A stretch of DNA of 64,000 nucleotides. It comes from an uncultured Gammaproteobacteria bacterium. Lineage in GTDB: Bacteria > Pseudomonadota > Gammaproteobacteria > Xanthomonadales > SZUA-36. This document shows positions 38,553-48,329 of the stretch, one piece after another. The stretch covers positions 128,505 through 192,504 of the forward strand of contig CALOBN010000006.1 of assembly GCA_942491555.1 (NCBI GenBank). The letters run 5' to 3'. The notes under the pieces are model-generated. The model searched no databases, was not told the DNA's origin, and worked only from the letters and a program-made list of their open reading frames with translations. Position numbers and translations under genes: made by a program. Numbering within the stretch: the first letter of the stretch is position 1; each line of letters opens with the position of its first letter.

Positions 38553-39860
38553 TTGAAGTCTCCCATCACGCTGTTTCGTGAGCTCGTCGGCCCCGCTGCG
38601 GTTATGGCAGCGGGCACCATGGGCGCAGGGGCCCTGGCCTCTTTTCTGCTGGCCGGTGCCTGGTTTCGCTATGACCTGCTGTGGGTCATTTTGCTGATGC
38701 TGCCGGTGTTCGTGGTCTCCGCGGACAGCGCATCGCGCATTGGCGCCCTGAACCCCGACCGGGGCATGTTCACCCTGGTGCGGGAGCGCATAAACCCTTT
38801 ACTGGCCTGGTTCATCCTGTTGCTGGTCGTCCCGGTGCATTTTCTTGTCACCATGGGACAGCTGTCGGTGATGGTAGCGGCGTTCAAATCCCTGGTTCCG
38901 TGGGACGCCCTTACCCCTCAATCCGGCGCCCTGGGCTGGGATGTGGGATTGAGTATGGGGCTTGCCGCTGCAACGCTCTGGTTGTTGTTCTCCCGGGGTT
39001 ATCAGCGCATGGAGCGGGCCATGACCCTGCTCATGGTCCTGATGCTGATCTGTTTCTTTGTGGTGGCACTGCGGGGCCTGGTGGAATGGCGCGCCATTCT
39101 TGACGGGTTCCTGCCCTCGCTACCGGCTGATTTGCCCATCGCTGACAGCGGGCAGTCTCGTGTGGCGTCGAGTTCCATCATCGCCATGGTCGGTGCGGCG
39201 ATCGCTCCGGCGGCATTGCTGGGGCTGCCTTACCTGTGTGCCGATGCCGGCAACGATCGTCATGAGCTGAAGAGTGCCTTGCGCAAGGCGGTGATCAACC
39301 TGGGCGTTATCTTTGGGGCCTATGCGGTGCTGGTGGTGGTTGCCGGAGGCTATGCACTCTACCCCCTGCCCAACCACGCCAGCCTGGCGGATGTTGGCGA
39401 GGCCTCGGCGGTGTTTCGGGACGCGCTGCCCGGCGTGTTTGCTGCCCTGGGGCCATTGCTGTTCAACATTGGGCTGTTCACCGCAGCGCTCACCACCATG
39501 GTGGTCGCCGCCCAGGTCACCGTGTATTTCATCCTGGACCAGCTGGGCCTGGATTGGCGTTTCACTGAGCAAAACAGGCGCTTTACCGTGCTCCTGTCGG
39601 TCTTTGTGCTCGGCGCAGCAGCGCTGGCACCCCTATGGGACTTTCCCGCGCTGCTCAAGGTCATCCTGCTGATGGGCATCAACGTCGTGGTGATCCCCGT
39701 GGTCTACCTGGTGGTCATTGTGCTGTGCAACAGCAAAGCGGTGATGAGCGGGGTTAGAACCGAGCCCTGGCGCAACGCGATTCTGCTTATCGGTCTGCTG
39801 GCTTCCCTGACGCTGGCTGTGATCAAGGCACCGGGGTATTTTCAGATTCTTGTGGGATGA
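38553..39860 (+). CDS. NRAMP-family divalent metal cation transporter
   Basis: TTG 38553 (or a downstream ATG); 435 aa polytopic protein. The N-terminal GPAAVMAAGTMGAGALASFLLAGAWFRYDLLWV resembles the NRAMP DPGN/first-TM region. Confidence 0.75.
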   Translation: MKSPITLFRELVGPAAVMAAGTMGAGALASFLLAGAWFRYDLLWVILLMLPVFVVSADSASRIGALNPDRGMFTLVRERINPLLAWFILLLVVPVHFLVTMGQLSVMVAAFKSLVPWDALTPQSGALGWDVGLSMGLAAATLWLLFSRGYQRMERAMTLLMVLMLICFFVVALRGLVEWRAILDGFLPSLPADLPIADSGQSRVASSSIIAMVGAAIAPAALLGLPYLCADAGNDRHELKSALRKAVINLGVIFGAYAVLVVVAGGYALYPLPNHASLADVGEASAVFRDALPGVFAALGPLLFNIGLFTAALTTMVVAAQVTVYFILDQLGLDWRFTEQNRRFTVLLSVFVLGAAALAPLWDFPALLKVILLMGINVVVIPVVYLVVIVLCNSKAVMSGVRTEPWRNAILLIGLLASLTLAVIKAPGYFQILVG

Positions 39861-40187
39861 GTGTAAATACCGTTGAAAATGCCCAGGCAAGGAGTGCACT
39901 CCCGGCCAAAATCCCCACAGGCAGGTAATGCCACACAGAGCAGCGGCCCAGGGAAGATCACGGCGCGAGGTTTGGAACGAGAGGCACAGCCCTGTGATGA
40001 GAAGAGGAACGAGCAGCTACATCCAAACCGGCTCGACCGGATCAGCGAGCGGCATTGTGCCGCTCTGCATGTGCTGCAACAGATCGCCCGGCTGAGCCAG
40101 CTTGTTGAGATCAACGCCCGGCGCCGGTGTCGCTCTAAACTCGACTCGCTGAGGTGAACCCGTATCGACGGGCCGCGAGCCCACAGG

Positions 40188-41531
40188 CTATTCCAGCGTG
40201 TTCTTGTAGATGACACCGTCTTTCATAATGATGACGAAGTTCGTATGTGGGTCGGCGATCAGGTCGATGTTCTCGAGCGGATTGCCGTCGACCAGCAGCA
40301 GGTCGGCATACGCGCCCTCCCGAACCACACCGTTGTCACCGGGGTAGGGATCGCGCGGCCCGGAGCGCTTGAAGATCTCGTAGTTCTGGCTGGTCGCCAT
40401 CTTCAGCACTTCCCAGGGCTCGTAATAGCGGGTGAGCTTGGCCAGCTGCGCCCCCTGACGCTCGGCGAGCGCGGGTGAACCCTGGGTGTCAGTGCCGAAC
40501 CCGATGAGCAGGTCGTATTTATCCGCTAACTCGTAGGCTGTATCCGTTCCAGAGATCAGCAATTGGTACTTTTGTTCCTGAAACGAGCCGGCAGGTAACG
40601 GGATCGCATCCTCATCGTCATAGAAGGGCTGCAGGCAGATCGACGTATTCGTCTCCTGCATCAGTTCTGCAGTTTCCTCGTCAATCATCTGGCCATGCTC
40701 GACATTCCGGACACCGCCGCGAATCGCATTCTGGATCGCCTTAGCGGAGTAGGAGTGAACTGTCACGTAGGTGCCCCAGTTCTCCGCCACTTCGACCGCC
40801 GCCTCGATTTCCTCGATGGTGTATTGCGACACGTCGAGCGGATCCGAGGGCGAGGCGACCCCGCCCCCACCCATGAGCTTAATGAAGACCGCCCCCCGCA
40901 TCAGGTTCTCGCGCACGCGCTGCATGACTTGCGCCTTGCCGTCCGCGATGGCGACCGACCCCATCCTTTCCTGCGGGATGAGATCCCTCGAATAGCTCGA
41001 AGGTATCTCAATCGGGCTCCGGAAATCTGCATGGCCCGACGTTTGGGAAATCATCGACCCCGCAGCGTACATCCGGGGACCAACATACATACCCTCATCG
41101 ATCACCGCCTTTAGATCGAAGACATTGCCGCCCATGTCCCTGATCGTGGTGAAGCCCCGCATAAGCGTCTTTTCCGCTCCATCGGCCGCCACAAGGTTCA
41201 GCTTGCCCTCACCAAGCGCGAACGCGTTGCCACCATAATTCGCGGCCATGCTGTGCCAATGACAATCTGTAAGGCCAGGCATCAGCGTGCGCCCGCCACC
41301 GTCGATGACCGTGCCACCGGCGACAGCAAGCGGTTCGGTCGACACGGCGGTGATCAGGTTGTCCATCACCACCACGTTGGCGTTTTCGATCAGGGCTTCG
41401 TTTACGCCGTCAAAGACGTTGACGTTCGTGAACAGGATCGGCCCGGAGGCGTCCTGGGCAACCGCCGGCTGGGCGACACTCAGAGCGACGGCAAGCGCCG
41501 CGGTCAAGATCCTGGTGTTTAGTTTCGGCAT
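40188..41531 (-). CDS. exported amidohydrolase family protein (COG1228-type metal-dependent hydrolase)
   Basis: ORF 40188..41711; likely start ATG 41531 (MPKLNTRILTAALAVALSVAQPAVA). GLTDCHWH (HxH), VTVHSY and GFGTD blocks. Starts 10 nt after the stop of the upstream gene. Confidence 0.85.
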   Translation of the reverse strand: MPKLNTRILTAALAVALSVAQPAVAQDASGPILFTNVNVFDGVNEALIENANVVVMDNLITAVSTEPLAVAGGTVIDGGGRTLMPGLTDCHWHSMAANYGGNAFALGEGKLNLVAADGAEKTLMRGFTTIRDMGGNVFDLKAVIDEGMYVGPRMYAAGSMISQTSGHADFRSPIEIPSSYSRDLIPQERMGSVAIADGKAQVMQRVRENLMRGAVFIKLMGGGGVASPSDPLDVSQYTIEEIEAAVEVAENWGTYVTVHSYSAKAIQNAIRGGVRNVEHGQMIDEETAELMQETNTSICLQPFYDDEDAIPLPAGSFQEQKYQLLISGTDTAYELADKYDLLIGFGTDTQGSPALAERQGAQLAKLTRYYEPWEVLKMATSQNYEIFKRSGPRDPYPGDNGVVREGAYADLLLVDGNPLENIDLIADPHTNFVIIMKDGVIYKNTLE

Positions 41532-41541
41532 TGGATTTCTC

Positions 41542-42540
41542 TTATTGAGGATTGGACGCGGGAGACAAGTAGAAGTAGTCGAACAGCGTGCGGGCGATCT
41601 CGGCAATTGCCCGATCCCTGTCCGCCGTGGATGTCTCGCTGCTGTTCGTGAACACGGCGATAGCGAACCGCCGACCGTCGGGGAGCGTGACATAACCGGC
41701 GTCGTTGGCAACTCCGCCTAAGGTTCCGGTCTTGTGCGCGACGGGCGTTCCCTTCGGCAAGAGCCCCTTAATACGGCCATCGCCGGTGCGCGTGCGCGAC
41801 ATGACGCCCAGCAGGAACTCGCGGCTTTCCGGGCTCATCGCCGTGCCACCGTCGATGGCAAGCAGGAGTTTCAGATACGCATTGGGCGTTGTGTGGTCGC
41901 GGGGATCCGCCTCGAAGTCCGGATTGGGATCAAGCTGGGCCGCCACCAGTGCCGGGTTGTTGCTGATGGCCTCAGCGACAGCTTCTGGGGTGACCGATGG
42001 CACGCCGTAGAAATCCATGAGAATCCCGCGGACAGGCCGATCGACCCTGAAGTCGGTGATCCCGAGCCTGCGCAGGTTCTCGGTCACCGCCGCTGGTCCA
42101 CCTGCCAGCCCCATAAGGACGTCGGTCGCCGTGTTGTCACTCTCTGTGATCATCGGATATATCAAGTTCGCCAACGAGAACTGGACCCCGGAGTAGGGGA
42201 ATCTCTCGGCAATCGCAACTACGCCGGCGACATACATGTCTTGCGGGACGTCGACCATTTGGTCGAGACTGAGTTCTCCCTTGTCCACAAGATCCATCAC
42301 TTTCGTGGCAATCGCAACCTTGTAGGTGCTGGCCATGGCGAAGGTCTCATCGCCATTGAACGAGATGACCTCGTCGCCGCCGATTTCCTGCGCCGCGAAG
42401 CCTATGCGCCCGGCAAGCGGCGACGCGATCTGTCCGATCGCCTCTCCAACGGACTGTTCTTGCGTTGTCTGGCCGTATGCCGGGCCGAAGGCAGCCGCCG
42501 CAGAAATCGCGAGGGCTACGATAACTTTACGTAATTTCAT
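41542..42540 (-). CDS. class A beta-lactamase-related serine hydrolase, exported
   Basis: ORF 41542..42885; likely start ATG 42540 (MKLRKVIVALAISAAAAFGPAYG). STYK (SxxK), ESDN (SDN) and HKTGT (KTG) are present. The omega-loop Glu appears absent (see findings). Confidence 0.8.
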   Translation of the reverse strand: MKLRKVIVALAISAAAAFGPAYGQTTQEQSVGEAIGQIASPLAGRIGFAAQEIGGDEVISFNGDETFAMASTYKVAIATKVMDLVDKGELSLDQMVDVPQDMYVAGVVAIAERFPYSGVQFSLANLIYPMITESDNTATDVLMGLAGGPAAVTENLRRLGITDFRVDRPVRGILMDFYGVPSVTPEAVAEAISNNPALVAAQLDPNPDFEADPRDHTTPNAYLKLLLAIDGGTAMSPESREFLLGVMSRTRTGDGRIKGLLPKGTPVAHKTGTLGGVANDAGYVTLPDGRRFAIAVFTNSSETSTADRDRAIAEIARTLFDYFYLSPASNPQ

Positions 42541-42703
42541 TTTTGGATTCTCCTTTTGCGAGATGAGGTTTGGGACTGTCCACTGGGAAGGGCAGGTGCA
42601 ACTTGGGCATCCCCGTCGAGAACTCGGCATTCTCCAATGACAGCGGCGACGCGAAGCGCCGCTCGCTGCAACCAATTGCCAGGTATGACAAAGTTTATTT
42701 GCC

Positions 42704-44125
42704 TTATGCTCCGTTGAGCATTTTCGCCGCGTTGCGCAGATATCCCGGCGAATGATCGATCCCTGAGATTTCATCCGGGTTGGGCGCCAAGCCGAAGTAC
42801 ATGCCACAGAAATCACGGGCCGGGTCGACATAGATACCCTGCCCCATGTTGCCGTGTTTGAACATGGCGCCGTCGCTGAAGACATGGTCCCACTGGGCCG
42901 AGTTGTAGGCAGGGACTTCGCCGAACCAGTCGGTGCCGTATTGCTCTTCGGTCGAGCCCTTGTAGGCCTCGGGATTGCCCATGGTCTGGATGCTTTTCAG
43001 CAGCCTGTCCGAGATGATCTGCTCATCCGACACGACATTCCAACTGGGCGTGTAAATCAACGTGTAGCGCAACAGGTCCTCGGGCGTCGTGTTGTGCAAA
43101 CCGGCGGCCAGAGGAGTTCCGTCCGGCGCGAGCCCGCAAATGAAAGGGTTCTTCGATCCGATCTTCGACCAGACCCTCTCGTTCCAATAGTCCTGCCACC
43201 GCATTCCAGACACATATTGCGTCGCCAGCACCAGCGTCTGGGTATTCGCGCCGGAATAGCGGAAACGTTCGCCTGCGGATTCACCCGGCAATGGCTCGGC
43301 GTTCTTGGACATCTCGCGGAAATCGCCCTTGTTCGGCTCGAAACCGGCCGTGAACCAGTTTGCGATCCACGAATCAGGGTTCAGCAGGTTCTCGATGGTT
43401 TCCTCAATATTGAGGCCGGAGGACATGTTCATCACGTTCCTGACCGTCGCCTGCTCCCAGGCCGACCCTCTGATCTCGGGCACGTAGGTCGGGACCGGCT
43501 TGTCCAGATCGATCTTGCCCTCATCAGCAAGCATTGCGACAAGCAGGCCAACCGTCGGTTTGGATGCCGACATCCAGATGTGAATATCGGTGGGATTCAT
43601 GCCCGGATAGACCTCGAAGACGACTTTGCCCTTGTGGGCCATCATCATCGCCTGAACCTGGCGCTTGCCGACCAGATATTCCTTCAGCGGCGGCGTGGGT
43701 GTACCGTCAGCAGCCGTATAGGTCAGATCCAGAATTGACGGATCGATTGCCCTCTCGAGCCTGGAAAACTCCTGCGGCGGAGGGACGTAGGAGCAGTGGA
43801 AGAACTCGGGGATATTGAGGTTGTAGTAGATGGAATCTTCGTTGCCCGACTGCCAGTTGGGAAAACTGTAGTTCTTGGTCGCCTTGGCGATGAATTCCGG
43901 GGACTGGGGCTTTTTCCACCTGGCCATCGGGCTGTCGACTTCAAGCGGCTCGAAACCCGATGCGCCAACCCGGACTGGCCCGCTCGTTTGTGCCGCGACA
44001 GGCCGGATGGGCAGCCCGAGCCCGGCTGCACCCGCCGCCGCTCCGACAGCCACTCCACTCGCCATAAAGCTGCGCCGTGAAAGACCCTTTGGGGCGTCGT
44101 AATCTTTGTCGTGTTTCGTGTTCAT
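42704..44125 (-). CDS. beta-lactamase-fold serine hydrolase with Tat signal
   Basis: ATG 44125. Twin-arginine signal SRRSFMASGVAVGAAAGAAGL; SxxK motif MSASKPTVG; YSGANT block. Confidence 0.8.
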   Translation of the reverse strand: MNTKHDKDYDAPKGLSRRSFMASGVAVGAAAGAAGLGLPIRPVAAQTSGPVRVGASGFEPLEVDSPMARWKKPQSPEFIAKATKNYSFPNWQSGNEDSIYYNLNIPEFFHCSYVPPPQEFSRLERAIDPSILDLTYTAADGTPTPPLKEYLVGKRQVQAMMMAHKGKVVFEVYPGMNPTDIHIWMSASKPTVGLLVAMLADEGKIDLDKPVPTYVPEIRGSAWEQATVRNVMNMSSGLNIEETIENLLNPDSWIANWFTAGFEPNKGDFREMSKNAEPLPGESAGERFRYSGANTQTLVLATQYVSGMRWQDYWNERVWSKIGSKNPFICGLAPDGTPLAAGLHNTTPEDLLRYTLIYTPSWNVVSDEQIISDRLLKSIQTMGNPEAYKGSTEEQYGTDWFGEVPAYNSAQWDHVFSDGAMFKHGNMGQGIYVDPARDFCGMYFGLAPNPDEISGIDHSPGYLRNAAKMLNGA

Positions 44126-44239
44126 TGGTATGTCCTCTCGCTATTTGAGGCTTGAAACAATCTAATTGGCGTGCCTGACCCTACAGGGGGTATTTGTCTT
44201 GTGCCGCCGAATAATCTTGGCGAGGGGTGCATGAGCTGC

Positions 44240-44773
44240 TTAGGTTGCATGTTTCGCCATCGACCTTAGCGACAACATTGTCACGCCCACAAACACGAGC
44301 TTGATGCCGAGGAACACCCCAATCGCAACCGTCCCGGCCAGCGGAAAGCCGATAAAAAGCATGATGCCCAGGAGCACCGTCACCACGGCGTCGAACAGCA
44401 GCCAGCCTTTACCCTCCTGTATTGAGAATGCGGCGAAGAACTCGGAGAGGCCATCGACGAAGAAGTAGATACTCAGCATGATGGTCAGGATTGCTGAAGA
44501 CATCAGTGGACTCGCGACAACGGCAAAGCCCGCCAGCAAGGTCAAGACACCGATCAGGAACACCAGGATACCCTTGCCCAGGCTGCCAGCCTTGAAGGCC
44601 CAGATCATGCGCATGATACCTGCGGCGATGACCAGTGCGCCGACCAACAGCAGAATCGATTGACCTGCAATCCAGGGCATGGCGATCGCCACGGCACCTA
44701 AAATGATGGACAGCCAGCCCATGAGTCTCATGCTGCTGCTCACTTTCTGTAAATTGGGAGTTTCTGCATTCAT
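44240..44773 (-). CDS. HdeD/DUF308 family membrane protein
   Basis: ATG 44773; 177 aa with six hydrophobic helices. GWLSIILGAVAIAMP...GALVIAAGIMRMIWAF pattern. Paralog of 57294..57842. Confidence 0.8.
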   Translation of the reverse strand: MNAETPNLQKVSSSMRLMGWLSIILGAVAIAMPWIAGQSILLLVGALVIAAGIMRMIWAFKAGSLGKGILVFLIGVLTLLAGFAVVASPLMSSAILTIMLSIYFFVDGLSEFFAAFSIQEGKGWLLFDAVVTVLLGIMLFIGFPLAGTVAIGVFLGIKLVFVGVTMLSLRSMAKHAT

Positions 44774-44828
44774 TGTTTTGTCCTTTTAATGGGTGAAATT
44801 GATCTGACGTCGCACAGGTTTCTCGCCC

Positions 44829-46472
44829 TCAGTTTTCGATTGTCTGGGGAAAGGCACCCGTGAAGTCTGTGGGCATAGGCATACCGGTCGAGAATTCGGC
44901 ATTCCACGCCTCTTCCGAGATCGGCTCGAAGCGCGGCTTGTCTTCCGGTTCAAACCGGACCGGCTGACCGGGGAAGACAGGAAGCAGCTCATCGTCACGC
45001 ACAACGATCTGACCGTTGACGATCACGGCTTCCATGCCCGTCGAAGGGACAGCGCCCTTTTCGTAGGTCGAATTGTCCGTGAAGGTTTCGGGGTCAAAGA
45101 CCACGATATCGGCAACCATCCCAGTCTGGATGCGGCCGCGCTCCTGCATGAACCTCAGCCCCGTATCGCCAAGATGCTTGGCCGCGTTGTAGCTGAGAAT
45201 CGACATCAGCTGCATCATCGGGATGTCGTGTTCCCGACCAAGACTTATCGTTTTGGCTCGGGTGCCAGCCGTCCGCGGATGGGTGCCGCCCAGTTGGTCC
45301 ATCGGGAAATCCCACGGTGCGTCGTACGGTGTGGCTACAGTTGCGTCACTGGCCACGGTCACACCCTTCAGCGTCAGCCACTTAGGCTCGTTTTCTTCGG
45401 GCTGCTTGAAGATGACGATTAGCGTGGACGGATCGGATGCGACGGTTTCCTTGTAGGTCTCCAAGGTGTAGAACTCATTCGTTTCCGGATCCAGCATGGT
45501 ATCTTCATAGCGTTTGCCAAAACCGTCGATCCAGCTCTCAGGCTCCAGGAACTCGGCATTGATCGTGGTGGAACCCGCAGCGTAGGGATAGACTTCACCC
45601 CAGATGTTGTGTCCCTGTTCCTGAAGCTCAATAATCATCTGGTGTGCAAGCCGCCAGCCGTCATTGTTGAAGTGCAGCACGATCGCCGGGGCGCCAAGCG
45701 CCACGGCGTTGGCAATGAGTTCCTGCGCGCCGTTGTTCTCCGTCGTGTCGGTGCCGAGCGTATAGCGTGTATGAGCACCCGTCGGGCGGTCATAGCGCGC
45801 ACCGACTTTCTGTACCTCGAACATCTCCCGTGAAGAGACGCCCTCTCTCATGTAGCCTACGGTGCTGCCGATGCCGGGGGCGCCAGCCTGCAGGCCCTTG
45901 TCAATCTCCTCGAGAATCGCGTTGCCCTGTTCCAAAGTCGGGCGCGTCACGCTCCAGCCGGTTTGCTTGCGGGTTTCAAGCGCGGCTATGGGGCCATCTA
46001 TCAGGTAATCGGCGCCGTCTGACCCGTCGATGACCATCGCGCGGGCTAACTCGTGGCTAACCGCACAGCCGTAGTTGGCCTGGGTCACACCGGCACGCGC
46101 TTCGTACCAGTCGGCCATATAGGATCCCGCACAGCCCAATTCGAAATCTATGCTGCTGGTCAACCCGTCGCGCAAGCCGAGGGAATAGCCGGCCGGCATC
46201 TGAAAGTGGAAATGCGTGTCGATAAAGCCCGGTGCGACGATCTTGCCGGTGGCGTCAACGGTCTCGGCGCCCTGCAGCGGCTTTTTGCTGATCATGACGA
46301 TGCGACCGTCGGTGATGCCGACATTCGCGATATCGTCGTACATCGTTTCGGGATCAATGACGCGTCCATTGTTAATAACGAGGTCGTAGTCCTTCGCCAT
46401 GGCTGGCATGGCAAAAGTTGTCAGGCCAAGGAGCAATCCCAGCCCAAAAGAAAGTGTTTTTCTGGTTTCCAT
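44829..46472 (-). CDS. exported amidohydrolase, D-aminoacylase-like (amidohydrolase 3 family)
   Basis: ORF 44829..46514; likely start ATG 46472 (METRKTLSFGLGLLLGLTTFAMPAMA). DLVINNGRVIDPE...GITDGRIVMI...APGFIDTHFH is the typical N-terminus of N-acyl-D-amino-acid deacylase-like enzymes. Confidence 0.8.
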   Translation of the reverse strand: METRKTLSFGLGLLLGLTTFAMPAMAKDYDLVINNGRVIDPETMYDDIANVGITDGRIVMISKKPLQGAETVDATGKIVAPGFIDTHFHFQMPAGYSLGLRDGLTSSIDFELGCAGSYMADWYEARAGVTQANYGCAVSHELARAMVIDGSDGADYLIDGPIAALETRKQTGWSVTRPTLEQGNAILEEIDKGLQAGAPGIGSTVGYMREGVSSREMFEVQKVGARYDRPTGAHTRYTLGTDTTENNGAQELIANAVALGAPAIVLHFNNDGWRLAHQMIIELQEQGHNIWGEVYPYAAGSTTINAEFLEPESWIDGFGKRYEDTMLDPETNEFYTLETYKETVASDPSTLIVIFKQPEENEPKWLTLKGVTVASDATVATPYDAPWDFPMDQLGGTHPRTAGTRAKTISLGREHDIPMMQLMSILSYNAAKHLGDTGLRFMQERGRIQTGMVADIVVFDPETFTDNSTYEKGAVPSTGMEAVIVNGQIVVRDDELLPVFPGQPVRFEPEDKPRFEPISEEAWNAEFSTGMPMPTDFTGAFPQTIEN

Positions 46473-46603
46473 AATCGTCTCATTGCTTGATGATAGTTTT
46501 TGAACTCGACACAAGTCATCATGACCTGGTGAGGTTTGCTGAGCGCTCGATTCCTAACGGACAGTCGTTAATCTTTGAGCATAGTTCGGATATCCATGCC
46601 GCG

Positions 46604-46623
46604 ACCTGATGAAAATATGATGA
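46604..46623 (-). promoter_or_regulatory. conserved 20-bp box (TCATCA-N5-TCATCA-GGT), copy 1
   Basis: The plus strand ACCTGATGAAAATATGATGA is identical to 48305-48324. It lies 132 nt upstream of ATG 46472 in the TCATCA...AGGT orientation and abuts the 10-bp palindrome ATGACGTCAT. Confidence 0.5.
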
Positions 46624-46659
46624 CGTCATTCAACATTAAATCGTCTGCCCCGGCGACAC

Positions 46660-48123
46660 TCAAAATGAGTACTTGGCCATCAACTGGAGGCGCGTGGCGG
46701 TCCCGGTTGCGTCGTTTTGTACCCGCGTCTTGCCATACATGATCTCCGCACCGGTCGAAAAATTGCCCTGTTTGGGGCTCCAGATAATATTCAGATGCCC
46801 GATCCCACCAGTCTTCAGCTCGAAAGGGCCGCGCGCCTCCGGCGTGTCCAGCACACCGTAGGCGTAAGATCCTTGTGTGGTCAAGGTCGGTGACCAGTCA
46901 TAGCCAAATCCAAGCACGGCGGCGAATGACGGAAACGTAGTGAGAGTACCGTCGGCCTCCAGGATCGCGTTGGCGTCGGTACCAGCGAAGGCCATGATGT
47001 TTTCACCAGCACCCTCCGTGTAGGTGAGGTGGTAAGTCATGAACGCCCTATCGCCGATGTTTTGGCGGCCGCCGACCAGGAATGCGAGTTGCACCGCGCT
47101 GTCCGAGGGTTCGTCCTCAAAGCCATCCCAGTGAAGCTGACCGATGCTCGCTCCAAAGGAAACAATACCGCCGTCGTAGTCGTAGTCGGCCCGCGCAGCG
47201 AACATCGGCCACTGCGTTGTGGCTTTGCCGGGAAGGTCGTTCAAATTTTGTATACCGAGAAACTGCAAGTCCTCTGCAGAAACCGCAAATGTCCAGCGAT
47301 CGTTCAGTGGCCTGGTGTAGCGTATCTGTGCTGCGCGGCCGCCGAACAGGGCGTCTCCTGCGGCAAAGTCAATCATGATCGGTATTGCCTCCAGGAACGT
47401 GAGGTTTGTCCAGGTCTGACCGATAATAAAATCGCCTGCTGTTATATAGGCCTGGCGCAGGCGAAACTTGTCGTCGGGCGTAAAGAAGTCCCCCTCGATG
47501 AAGCCCCTGAGGGGCACCGCCCCGGGGATGATCCGGCGGATGTCGAGATTGAATCGCGTGTCATTGGCAAAGAAATCGACGTAGGGATCGCCACCAAACT
47601 CAGGCATCCCCTCAACCGGAATGGTTCGCATAAGAAACTGTCGAGGGTCGAGCGTGCCGTCAAAATCGGCGACAAAATCGCCTTTAATATAGCCGCCGAT
47701 TTTCATCCGCGTGTTAGTGCCAAACATCGGCCAGGAAGCCGGGAACTCGTCTGAGATCAGATCATCACTTGTCATAATCTGATGCGTCTCGCGCACACCC
47801 CCGTTCAGTCCCTCTACCTGACCGGAATGTATGTCAGAATCTTCCAGGGGCGTCGAACCGGTCATCGCCAGGCTCTCGTCACTCTCTACAAGCTCGCTAC
47901 TCACTAACGCATCGCTGCTCTGCGCAACCTCGTCACTCTCTGCAACCTCGCCACTCATTGTCTCGAGCTCGAGTTGCTCAATGCGTTTTTCCAGTTGCTT
48001 CACAAGCTTCTGCAGTTCGAGTATGCGCTCGTCCTGTTCCGAATCCTCGCTCTGCAAATCCTGCGCCTGGACCAGCGATGCAGCCGACAGCGCGAGAGCG
48101 GCAACCGTAACGCATACTGCCAT
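46660..48123 (-). CDS. outer-membrane porin with N-terminal coiled coil (DcaP-like)
   Basis: ORF 46660..48150; ATG 48123 gives MAVCVTVAALALSAASLVQA. Coiled coil ILELQKLVKQLEKRIEQLELE, alternating beta-strand pattern, C-terminal ...LMAKYSF. Confidence 0.75.
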   Translation of the reverse strand: MAVCVTVAALALSAASLVQAQDLQSEDSEQDERILELQKLVKQLEKRIEQLELETMSGEVAESDEVAQSSDALVSSELVESDESLAMTGSTPLEDSDIHSGQVEGLNGGVRETHQIMTSDDLISDEFPASWPMFGTNTRMKIGGYIKGDFVADFDGTLDPRQFLMRTIPVEGMPEFGGDPYVDFFANDTRFNLDIRRIIPGAVPLRGFIEGDFFTPDDKFRLRQAYITAGDFIIGQTWTNLTFLEAIPIMIDFAAGDALFGGRAAQIRYTRPLNDRWTFAVSAEDLQFLGIQNLNDLPGKATTQWPMFAARADYDYDGGIVSFGASIGQLHWDGFEDEPSDSAVQLAFLVGGRQNIGDRAFMTYHLTYTEGAGENIMAFAGTDANAILEADGTLTTFPSFAAVLGFGYDWSPTLTTQGSYAYGVLDTPEARGPFELKTGGIGHLNIIWSPKQGNFSTGAEIMYGKTRVQNDATGTATRLQLMAKYSF

Positions 48124-48304
48124 CCGGAAACTATTCACTTGCCAGGTCACCTGTGACTGGACCAGGGCAAGGTTTGGGGTTTTCGATTTGAATGATACTT
48201 GCTTCCTTTGAAGCCAGGAGGGATCAGGAATTTACCCTGCACTACACGGACCGGGGCAAGCCAGACGTTTAGCCTAAAAGTGATAACACGGGGCTCGGTA
48301 ATAA

Positions 48305-48324
48305 ACCTGATGAAAATATGATGA
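48305..48324 (-). promoter_or_regulatory. conserved 20-bp box, copy 2
   Basis: ACCTGATGAAAATATGATGA, 6 nt after the regulator stop codon and 155-182 nt upstream of the porin start. Confidence 0.5.
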
Positions 48325-48329
48325 GGCGT

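Noticed and set aside
40017-40184. 55-codon GTG-initiated ORF directly downstream of, and in frame with, the amidohydrolase stop (…RVEFRATPAPGVDLNKLAQPGDLLQHMQSGTMPLADPVEPVWM)
   Set aside because: Third-position GC is coding-like, but there is no RBS, no motif and no similarity to neighbouring gene ends that I could align. It could be a decayed gene tail; the evidence is insufficient.
46619-46628. Perfect palindrome ATGACGTCAT abutting box copy 1 as a separate operator
   Set aside because: It is present at only one of the four box copies. It may be incidental, so it is noted within the box finding rather than called as a site.
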